Below are positions 11,276-18,414 of a DNA stretch of 64,000 bases, piece by piece. The translations under genes and the position numbers were made by a program. This DNA is from Dehalococcoidia bacterium. GTDB taxonomy: Bacteria; Chloroflexota; Dehalococcoidia; Lucifugimonadales; UBA3495. The stretch's first letter is position 1, and each line of letters starts with the position of its first letter. Location of the stretch: assembly GCA_965232815.1 (NCBI GenBank), contig OZ247427.1, positions 403,684-467,683 on the forward strand. Reading direction: 5' to 3'. A model generated the notes under the pieces. It searched no databases. It saw nothing but the letters and a program-made list of their open reading frames with translations, and was not told where the DNA came from.

Positions 11276-12286
11276 ATGGAACCCGAACGCGACACCTTAT
11301 TGAAACTCTACCGCACCATGACCACCATTCGTCATTTCGAAGAGCGCGGCGTCCCCGAAACCGGACAGCGCGGCATGTCCTCCTCCGTTCACTCCTCCGT
11401 GGGCCAGGAAGCCGTACCCACCGGCGTTTGCGCCCACCTCACCGACGATGACTACATCGGCAGCACCCACCGCGGCCACGGCCACTGCATCGCCAAGGGC
11501 GTCGACCCGAAGCTGATGATGGCCGAACTCTTCGGACGCAGCGACGGCCCCAACAAGGGCAAGGGCGGCTCCATGCACATCGCCGACATGAGCAAGGGCA
11601 TGCTCGGCACCAACGGCATCGTCGCCGGCAGCGTCCCCCTGGCCGTCGGCGCAGCCCTCACCTCCAAGATTCGCAAGTTGGGCCGCGTCGCCGTGGCATT
11701 CTTCGGCGACGGCGGAGCCAACCAGGGCGTGCTCCACGAGTGCATGAACCTCGCCTCCGTGTGGAAACTCCCCGTCATTTTCTGCTGCGAAAACAACGGC
11801 TACGCCGAGTCCACTCCGGTGGAATACGGCCTCTCCGTCGCCAACGTGGCCGACCGCGCCGCCGGCTATGACATGCCTGGCTTCCACGTCGACGGGATGG
11901 ACGTCCTGGCGGTTTACGAAGCCGCCGGTGAAGCCGTCTCCCGCGCCCGCGCCGGAGATGGCCCCGCGCTCCTCGAAGCCCGAACGTACCGGTACTACGG
12001 CCACACCGTCTTCGACAATCCCCTCACCTACCGCACCAAGGAGGAAGAGGACCACTGGCGCGCCCGCGATCCGCTGCTCACCTTCCGCAACCACATGATC
12101 GCCCAGGGCAATGTCATCACCGCCGAGGAACTCGACCAGATGGACGAGGAAGCCCGCGTGCTCATGGAAGAGGCCGTCGTCTTCGCCGACGCCAGCCCGC
12201 TCCCGGAACCCCACGAAATCTACGAGGACGTGTACGACAACTATCCCATCGAAATGATGCGCCGCGGCGCCAACATGTCCGTGTAG
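11276..12286 (+). CDS. Thiamine-diphosphate-dependent 2-oxoacid dehydrogenase E1 component, alpha subunit
   Basis: 'YRTMTTIRHFEE', 'GHGHCIAKG' and 'FFGDGGANQGVLHECMNLA' (TPP-binding GDG...N). RBS 'aaggaggg' lies upstream. Confidence 0.9.
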   Translation: MEPERDTLLKLYRTMTTIRHFEERGVPETGQRGMSSSVHSSVGQEAVPTGVCAHLTDDDYIGSTHRGHGHCIAKGVDPKLMMAELFGRSDGPNKGKGGSMHIADMSKGMLGTNGIVAGSVPLAVGAALTSKIRKLGRVAVAFFGDGGANQGVLHECMNLASVWKLPVIFCCENNGYAESTPVEYGLSVANVADRAAGYDMPGFHVDGMDVLAVYEAAGEAVSRARAGDGPALLEARTYRYYGHTVFDNPLTYRTKEEEDHWRARDPLLTFRNHMIAQGNVITAEELDQMDEEARVLMEEAVVFADASPLPEPHEIYEDVYDNYPIEMMRRGANMSV

Positions 12287-12302
12287 AACCCTCACCCAGC
12301 AA

Positions 12303-12593
12303 TTGAACATGGTCGCTAACCTTGGCAAGGGCCAGCCAAACCTGACCGACGTCGAAATTTCGGCGTTGGGCAAACTCATCTACCGGCAAAACATCAGGCC
12401 GCTCATGACCGAAGAGGACATCGGGAGGTTCGTATATGTGGACGTGCGCAGTGGCGAGTACGAGGTAGCCGAGAATATGCTCCATGCCACCCACAAGTTG
12501 AAAAAGCGGATTCCCGACGCCTGTGGATTCATAGTGCGTGTCGGTTACTCCGTTCCCGTGTTCCTTGGGTGGCACGAGGAGCCGGAACTATGA
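12303..12593 (+). CDS. Small hypothetical protein (possibly DUF5678-like), translationally coupled to the downstream protease gene
   Basis: 96-codon ORF. The first ATG is at 12309, and the track start at 12303 is TTG. Its TGA overlaps the next ATG (ATGA at 12590..12593). No strong RBS was seen. Confidence 0.5.
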   Translation: MNMVANLGKGQPNLTDVEISALGKLIYRQNIRPLMTEEDIGRFVYVDVRSGEYEVAENMLHATHKLKKRIPDACGFIVRVGYSVPVFLGWHEEPEL

Positions 12594-12963
12594 CCACTGG
12601 CAGAGTAACTGCCACGCTCAAACCTCTCGTTCCGAGCACCATTCTGGACAGCCGAAACAACGCACATACCATCCAGTTCGTATTGGACTCAGGATTCAAC
12701 GGACAATTGCTTCTGCCCGACCGGTACATCGACCGACTTGGCCTGTCGTCGAGGACTGGATTGACGCCCGCCCTGCGACCGGAGCGTTCGTGAAAATACC
12801 CTACACAGAAGCCGTAGTTGTTTGGCAAGGAGTGCGGCGACAGGCGCAAATCCTCCAGCTCGACTCCGAACCCCTCCTCGGTATGGAAATCCTCTGGAAC
12901 CACCGCATCACCATCGACGCCGTTCCCAACGGCCCCGTAACCATCACTCCAATCGGAGGCTGA
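12590..12963 (+). pseudogene. Retropepsin-like (clan AA) aspartic protease, interrupted by a -1 frameshift
   Basis: The N-terminal part 'TIQFVLDSGFNGQLLLP...RLGL' (D-S/T-G active-site motif) is in the frame that stops at 12791..12793. The C-terminal part 'ATGAFVKIPYTEAVVVWQG...EPLLGMEIL...ITID' continues in the -1 frame to 12963. Confidence 0.6.
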
Positions 12964-12967
12964 AAAT

Positions 12968-14023
12968 ATGACCACTATGGTTGAAACCCCCATGCTGCCC
13001 CCTCCGGGCGAAACCAGGACTCTGCAAACCCGCGAAGCCATCAACGAAGCCCTGATCCAGGAAATGCGACGCGACGAGACCGTCATCATCATGGGCGAAG
13101 AGATCGCCGGCGGCGCCGGCCGAGAACACCTCGGCATCGTCGACGCCTGGGGCGGCGCATTCCGCACCACCCGCGGACTCATCCAGGAGTTCGGCAACGA
13201 ACGCGTGCTGGACACTCCGCTGTCCGAAGCCGCATTCGTCGGCACCGCCATCGGCGCCGCCTCCACCGGCATGCGCGCCGTCGCCGAGTTGATGTTCGTG
13301 GACTTCATCGGCGTCTGTATGGACCAACTCCTCAACAACGCCGCCAAGATGCGCTACATGTTCGGCGGCCAGGTCAAGGTCCCCTTCGTCATGCTCACCC
13401 GCATCGGCGCCGGATTCGGCAGCGCCGCCCAGCACTCCGAGTCCTTCTACTCGCTCTTCAGCCACATCCCGGGTCTCAAGGGAGTGTGTCCATCCGACGC
13501 CTACACCGCCAAGGGCCTTCTTCTCTCCGCCATCCGCGACGACGACCCCGTGGTGTTCTTCGAGCACAAGGGTCTCTACGGCGACACCTGCCCCGTGCCC
13601 GAGGAGATGTACACCCTGCCCCTGGGCAAAGCCCGCACCGTCCGCCCCGGCACCGACATGACCATCGTCGGCATCAGCAAGATGACCTGGACCGCCGTCG
13701 AAGCCGCCGAGGAACTCGCCAAAGAGGGCATCAACGCCGAGGTCATCGACCTCCTCAGCGTCTCCCCCATCGACTACGACCATGTCCTGGATTCCGTGCG
13801 CCGCACCCACCGCCTGCTGGTGGTGGACGAGGACACCCCGGTGTGCAGCATCTCTTCCGACATCTGCGCCCGCGTCGCCGAGGAAGCCTTCGACTACCTG
13901 GACGCTCCGCCGTCCCGCGTCACCCCGCCTCACACGCCGGTCCCCTACAGCCGCGCCCTGGAAAACCTCTACGTGCCCAACGCCGAGCGAGTAATCACCA
14001 CCGCCCGCCGCCTCGTGGCATAG
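12968..14023 (+). CDS. 2-oxoacid dehydrogenase E1 component, beta subunit
   Basis: 'VIIMGEEI', 'RVLDTPLSEAAFVG' and 'PVVFFEHK' fit transketolase-like pyrimidine-binding and C-terminal domains. The 'ggagg' RBS lies inside the end of the protease ORF. Confidence 0.92.
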   Translation: MTTMVETPMLPPPGETRTLQTREAINEALIQEMRRDETVIIMGEEIAGGAGREHLGIVDAWGGAFRTTRGLIQEFGNERVLDTPLSEAAFVGTAIGAASTGMRAVAELMFVDFIGVCMDQLLNNAAKMRYMFGGQVKVPFVMLTRIGAGFGSAAQHSESFYSLFSHIPGLKGVCPSDAYTAKGLLLSAIRDDDPVVFFEHKGLYGDTCPVPEEMYTLPLGKARTVRPGTDMTIVGISKMTWTAVEAAEELAKEGINAEVIDLLSVSPIDYDHVLDSVRRTHRLLVVDEDTPVCSISSDICARVAEEAFDYLDAPPSRVTPPHTPVPYSRALENLYVPNAERVITTARRLVA

Positions 14024-14034
14024 CGAACATCGTA

Positions 14035-14106
14035 GGGGCGGGTTTCAAGCAACCCGCCCCGATACCGCATATACGCATCGCGTAGGGGCGAGTCATGACT
14101 CGCCCC
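14035..14106. repeat. Two family-C hairpins (GGGGCG-N-CGCCCC) downstream of the E1 beta gene
   Basis: 'ggggcgggtttcaagcaacccgcccc' (14035..14060) and 'ggggcgagtcatgactcgcccc' (14085..14106). The second contains the track ATG at 14095. Confidence 0.75.
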
Positions 14107-14145
14107 CGCCATCTCGAAATCCCCACCGTCCTGGAGGCCCTACCC

Positions 14146-15030
14146 ATGACCACTGTCGGATCCGACAAACACACCTACACCCTCACCTCCGACTGGGCCA
14201 AAATGCCCGACGCCCACCCGCTGGGCGCAGTCAGCGCCATCGCCAGCGACTCCGCCGGCGACATCTACGCCTTCCATCGCGCCGACCCGCCCATCGCCAT
14301 CTTTGACCGCGCCACGGGCGCATTCAAAAGCGGATGGGGCAACGGCGGCTATGTGTACGCCCACGGCTTTTACATCGAGGACGACATCGTGTACCTCACC
14401 GACCGGGACACTTCGACCTGCATGATGTACACCCTGGACGGCAAGCTCATCCAGATGCTGGGTCGCTACATGGTCCACTCCGACACGGGGGCTGAGGTGG
14501 CCGGCCAACTGGTCCCGCGAGCCGCCGGCCCGTTCAACTATCCTGCCGAGCTGGTGCCCTCCCCCAGCGGAGACCTGTACGTCGCCGACGGCTACCGCAA
14601 CGCTCGCGTCCACCGGTTCGACAACGACGGCAACCATAAGTATTCGTGGGGCAAGCCCGGCAAGGAACACCCCTACGAATTCCACCTGCCCCACAGCGTC
14701 CTGGTGACCCGCGAAGACCGCGTCTATGTCTGCGACCGCGAGAACAGTCGCGTCCAGATATTCAACACGTCCGGCGACTTCATCACCATGTGGACTGACG
14801 CCCAGCGGCCCACCGACATCGCCGAGACCCCAGAGGGCGATTTCGTCGTCAGCGAACTTGCCACGCTGGACAACTCAAAGAGCCCGCGCGTCAGCATATT
14901 CGACCGCGACGGCAACGCGCTCGCCCGGTGGGACAGCCGATCCGCCCACGGCATCTGGTGCGACGCCCAGGGAGACATCTTCCTCGCACTCACCGGCGAC
15001 CGCGCCGTCGACAAATACGGTCGCGGTTAG
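14146..15030 (+). CDS. NHL-repeat beta-propeller protein (peptidylglycine-amidating-lyase-like)
   Basis: Repeated 'GDLYVADGYRNARVHRF', 'RVYVCDRENSRVQIF' and 'PRVSIFDRDG' NHL-type blades. The start is moved to the ATG outside the hairpin. Confidence 0.8.
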   Translation: MTTVGSDKHTYTLTSDWAKMPDAHPLGAVSAIASDSAGDIYAFHRADPPIAIFDRATGAFKSGWGNGGYVYAHGFYIEDDIVYLTDRDTSTCMMYTLDGKLIQMLGRYMVHSDTGAEVAGQLVPRAAGPFNYPAELVPSPSGDLYVADGYRNARVHRFDNDGNHKYSWGKPGKEHPYEFHLPHSVLVTREDRVYVCDRENSRVQIFNTSGDFITMWTDAQRPTDIAETPEGDFVVSELATLDNSKSPRVSIFDRDGNALARWDSRSAHGIWCDAQGDIFLALTGDRAVDKYGRG

Positions 15031-15054
15031 ACCCGACCAACGCCAAAATCGATT

Positions 15055-15079
15055 AGGGGCGGGTTTGAAACCCGCCCCT
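15055..15079. terminator. Family-C hairpin acting as a probable bidirectional terminator
   Basis: 'aggggcgggtttgaaacccgcccct' is preceded by 'aaaat' and followed by 'cgctttt'. It lies between convergent genes. Confidence 0.6.
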
Positions 15080-15114
15080 CGCTTTTCCGTTGGTCGCCGG
15101 ATACTGCTCTTGGG

Positions 15115-15468
15115 TTAGAAAATCTGCATTACAGGATTGGTAACAACGACCGCAACAATTCCGGAAATGATGATGCCTCCAATCCAGCGGGATTCTCGAC
15201 GAGTCGCTGCACTGTTGGCGTTCATCTCGCCCCGTAGCGATTCCACATTGGCATTCATCTCGGCGCGCAACGATTCCACATTGGCGTTCATATCGTTACG
15301 CAGCGAATCTACGTTGGCATTCACCTCGGCACGGTTGGCGTTCACGTCCGTCCGCAGAGATTGAATATCCTGCGCAATCGCGGTGAAACGCTCGGTGTGG
15401 TCCCGTAGCCTTTCACTGACTTGGGTTAGGGCGCCTTCAAGAAAACTGATTCTACTTTCAGTAGTCAT
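15115..15468 (-). CDS. Tail-anchored coiled-coil protein with 11-residue tandem repeats (DUF1640/XhlA-like?)
   Basis: 117 aa. 'NANVDSLRNDM / NANVESLRAEM / NANVESLRGEM' form 33-nt tandem repeats at 15205..15360. One C-terminal TM segment 'WIGGIIISGIVAVVV'. Confidence 0.6.
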   Translation of the reverse strand: MTTESRISFLEGALTQVSERLRDHTERFTAIAQDIQSLRTDVNANRAEVNANVDSLRNDMNANVESLRAEMNANVESLRGEMNANSAATRRESRWIGGIIISGIVAVVVTNPVMQIF

Positions 15469-15483
15469 GGCGAATTGCCTGGA

Positions 15484-15759
15484 CTATCCCCCGGCAACCG
15501 CCGGCACAATGCTGATCTCGTCGCCCGATTTGATCGACGTCTTCAAACCCTGGTCGAAACGAATGTCCTCGCCATTCACGTAGATGTTGACGAAGTATCG
15601 CAACTCACCTTCCTCGTCTAGCAGCCGCTCCTTGAAACCGGGGTAGTCGGACTCCAACTTGTCGATCATCTGCGACAGGTCATCTACCTCCAGTTCCACC
15701 TTGTCGGCTCCGTGGGTCATACGTCGCAGCGGTGTGGGAATACGTACCATAACGCCCAT
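15484..15759 (-). CDS. MoaD/ThiS-family sulfur-carrier protein
   Basis: 91 aa ending in '...ISIVPAVAGG' (C-terminal Gly-Gly). Length fits a beta-grasp fold. Confidence 0.8.
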   Translation of the reverse strand: MGVMVRIPTPLRRMTHGADKVELEVDDLSQMIDKLESDYPGFKERLLDEEGELRYFVNIYVNGEDIRFDQGLKTSIKSGDEISIVPAVAGG

Positions 15760-15814
15760 TGGGGATTCTCCTCCTGTTGTTCTGCGTGCCCCGGGGCGTC
15801 ATCGGTCACCGGGG

Positions 15815-16057
15815 TTAGCCTTCAATTACGTCTCCGGCAATCGGATCAACGCGCACGCCGTTGTCGGCCACCCACGTCAAACCTCTCTGAATCTCATCGT
15901 CCGTGCCATCCAACTCCAATACCACCCATCCCATGTCGGCGCGCACGTCCGCCCGCCGTATGTTGGTGACCACGTCGAAATCGTGCCCCAGCCGGTAGAT
16001 GATCGGCTCGCGCACCATGTCCGCCGAGAATGTGAACCGGACCCGTTGTCGCGCCAT
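15815..16057 (-). CDS. NIL-domain protein
   Basis: 80 aa. 'VREPIIYRLGHDFDVVTNIRRADV...GWVVLELDG' resembles the MetN C-terminal NIL (ferredoxin-like) domain. Confidence 0.7.
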   Translation of the reverse strand: MARQRVRFTFSADMVREPIIYRLGHDFDVVTNIRRADVRADMGWVVLELDGTDDEIQRGLTWVADNGVRVDPIAGDVIEG

Positions 16058-16063
16058 CGAGCG

Positions 16064-17353
16064 TTACACCCCGGCGGCCATGCGGCTCTCCAGGGCCGCT
16101 TCGAACGATCCCATCATGGGCTTCACCAGCAGCGGATTCACCACTTCCTCCACCGCTTCCTGCGTCTTCAACCCGTTGCCCGTGATGTACGCGACGGTCA
16201 GTTCATCCGGCCCGATTGCCCCCGACTCCGCCAGGTACTTCAGCGTGGAGACCGTTACGCCTCCCGCCGTCTCCGTGAACACCCCTTCCGTCTCCGCCAG
16301 CAACTTGATGCCTTCCACCACCTTGTTCTCCGGCACCGCGTAGCCGCTCCCGTCCGATTCCCGGATCACCCGCAACGCGTAGATCCCGTCCGCAGGGTTG
16401 CCGATGGCCAGCGATTTGGCGATGCTGTCCGGCCGCACCGGGCGGATCTGGTTTTTCTGGTTTTCCCAAGCCCACACGATGGGACTGCATCCCTCCGCCT
16501 GCGCCATGTGCATGCGCGTCGTCACCGCCGGATGATGAACAGTGTTCTGGTCCGCTCCGAACGGCATCGGCTCGACCCCGTCCAGCAGGCCCAGGCACGC
16601 CAGTTCATTGAACCCCTTCCATATCTTCGTGAACATCGCTCCCGACGCCGACGGGATCACCACGTGGTCTGGAATCCGCCATCCCAACTGCTCCGCCACC
16701 TCGTAGCCCAGCGTTTTGCTGCCCTCGGCGTAATAGGGCCGCATGTTGATGTTCACGAACGCCCAGGGATAGTTGTCGCTGATCTCACTGCACAGTCGGT
16801 TGACTTCGTCATACGTCCCGTCAACGGCAACCAGCGTCGGGTTGTACACCGCCGCCCCGATCACCTTCCCCCGTTCCAGGTCCGCGGGAATGAACACCAC
16901 CGCGTCGATGCCCGCCCGCGCCGCGTGCGCCGCCACGCTGCAGGCCAGGTTTCCGGTGCTCGCGCAGGCCAGCGTCTCATATCCGAACTCGACGGCCTTC
17001 GTCGCCGCCACCGAGACCACCCGGTCCTTGAACGAAAACGACGGGTTGACGCTGTCGTTCTTGATGTACAGGTTGTTCAGACCCAGCCGTTTCCCCAGGT
17101 TCTTGGCCTTCATCAGCGGCGTGTAGCCCGCCATTATGTCCACCGGGTCTTCGGCCGAAGCCGGCAGCAGATCCTCGTACCGCCAGATGCTCAAAGGCCC
17201 CCCGGCGATCCGGTCCCGGCTGATCACCTCGGAAATCGTCACATAGTCATATATGACCTCGAGGGGGCCGAAGCAGAAATCACAAACATTCAGCGGGTCG
17301 CCCGGGTACTCCCGGCCGCACTCCCGGCATTTCAATCCTTTAACAAAAGCCAC
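16064..17353 (-). CDS. Threonine-synthase-family PLP enzyme with an N-terminal zinc ribbon
   Basis: 'LKCRECGREY...CDFCFGPLEV' (Cys4 ribbon). 'SFSFKDRVVS' holds the PLP lysine. 'ACASTGNLACSVAAHAARAG' is also present. GTG start with a 'ggaggt' RBS. Confidence 0.9.
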   Translation of the reverse strand: MAFVKGLKCRECGREYPGDPLNVCDFCFGPLEVIYDYVTISEVISRDRIAGGPLSIWRYEDLLPASAEDPVDIMAGYTPLMKAKNLGKRLGLNNLYIKNDSVNPSFSFKDRVVSVAATKAVEFGYETLACASTGNLACSVAAHAARAGIDAVVFIPADLERGKVIGAAVYNPTLVAVDGTYDEVNRLCSEISDNYPWAFVNINMRPYYAEGSKTLGYEVAEQLGWRIPDHVVIPSASGAMFTKIWKGFNELACLGLLDGVEPMPFGADQNTVHHPAVTTRMHMAQAEGCSPIVWAWENQKNQIRPVRPDSIAKSLAIGNPADGIYALRVIRESDGSGYAVPENKVVEGIKLLAETEGVFTETAGGVTVSTLKYLAESGAIGPDELTVAYITGNGLKTQEAVEEVVNPLLVKPMMGSFEAALESRMAAGV

Positions 17354-17535
17354 CGGATGGTACCTCCGTGGTTAGTTGCTGCACTCGAGCTCGGCACGTG
17401 CGCTCCGCGCTTCGATGATCCTCACTGTTGCGAAACGATATTGTGCCAGACGCCGCCCGTCGCTCGCAACTCACTCGCTGCGGGGCCTCGCCAGCCGGCC
17501 CGCCGCCGTTGGGCTCTTCGGTTCCGGCAGTCGCC

Positions 17536-18024
17536 CTAGTGCCCGGGATGATACCAATGGCTGTCGAAGAACATCAGCGGGTTCACGTCGGCGTCGGCGC
17601 TCGCCTGCATTTCCTTGACTTCGCCCACGTAGATCGTGTGGTCACCATATACGTGCGATCCGACAATGTCGCAGTTGAAGAACACCATCGACCCGTCCAA
17701 CTGCGGTACGTCGTGCGCCCCCGCCGTGTACGAATATTCGGGATTTCCCTCGCGCTGCTCAGGCCGCCGGGCGAAATACATCCCCAGTTCTTCCTGTTCC
17801 TCCCGCAGCACGTTGACCCCAATCCTCTTCTGCTCTTCCACGTAACCGTACGTGATGGTGTTGTGAGCCACGCACACCAGCAGCGTCGGCGGGTCCAGGC
17901 ATACCGACGTGAACGCGTTCGCTGTCATCGCGTGAGGATTGCCCTCCGGATCCAGCGTGGTGATCACCGTCACCCCGGTCGCGAATTTTGACATTGCCTG
18001 CCGAAAGTCGATTTGACTAACCAC
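17536..18024 (-). CDS. Flavin reductase (FMN-binding split-barrel)
   Basis: 'FRQAMSKFATGVTVITT...MTANAFTSVCLDPP' is the flavin reductase-like domain. GTG start with a 'gggggt' RBS. Confidence 0.85.
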   Translation of the reverse strand: MVSQIDFRQAMSKFATGVTVITTLDPEGNPHAMTANAFTSVCLDPPTLLVCVAHNTITYGYVEEQKRIGVNVLREEQEELGMYFARRPEQREGNPEYSYTAGAHDVPQLDGSMVFFNCDIVGSHVYGDHTIYVGEVKEMQASADADVNPLMFFDSHWYHPGH

Positions 18025-18053
18025 TGCGGCTTACCCCCGATAATTTGGCGATG

Positions 18054-18083
18054 ATTATACCCGGACAGTATCAACGTTGCCAA
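18054..18083 (-). promoter_or_regulatory. Sigma70-like promoter for the flavin reductase gene
   Basis: The minus strand reads TTGGCA-N18-TATAAT, about 30 nt upstream of the GTG start. Confidence 0.4.
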
Positions 18084-18414
18084 ACGCTATTCAATCCCTA
18101 CAGCCATCCGCGCCAATTGGCCCCTTCCCAATCCGAGCGCCATGCTGTCCACAAGCCGTACTCCAGGACATTCTTTCCTCACTCAATCTTGCCGGCCCGC
18201 TGAATTCCCGCACTCTGTCCGCCCGGTGTCACCTCCGGCCAAACAAACACCAATCAACCCTGACCAACTATCCCTCTGCATTGCCTCGGCATTATCCGCG
18301 GGTACATTGCCTGCATCGTGGAGCGCGTAAGCAAGACACCGCGTCCAAAGTCCCTCGGATTCAGCGCACTCGCCCCCTAGTTGCCAGCGCCACCGCTCCG
18401 TGGACTCACCCCGG

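Noticed and set aside
12740-12793. Programmed -1 ribosomal frameshift in the aspartic protease gene
   Set aside because: Not supported as the primary explanation. No X_XXY_YYZ slippery heptamer or obvious downstream pseudoknot was seen, so an indel or assembly error is more parsimonious. It is kept as a finding to be checked.
14095-14145. Track start codon of the NHL-repeat ORF at 14095
   Set aside because: That ATG lies in the centre of the perfect palindrome 'ggggcgagtcatgactcgcccc' (family-C hairpin). The downstream Met ('MTTVGSDKH') is a more plausible start.
15659-17539. 626-aa plus-strand ORF spanning the MoaD, NIL and ThrC-like genes
   Set aside because: It is antisense to three well-supported minus-strand genes. 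The product is Arg/His/Pro-rich low-complexity sequence with no motif. This is a typical high-GC shadow ORF.
18150-18260. RNase P-like 'gaggaaag' and 'acagag' strings on the minus strand
   Set aside because: They match the conserved regions only partially and occur in the wrong order for RNase P RNA. No P4 pairing is possible.
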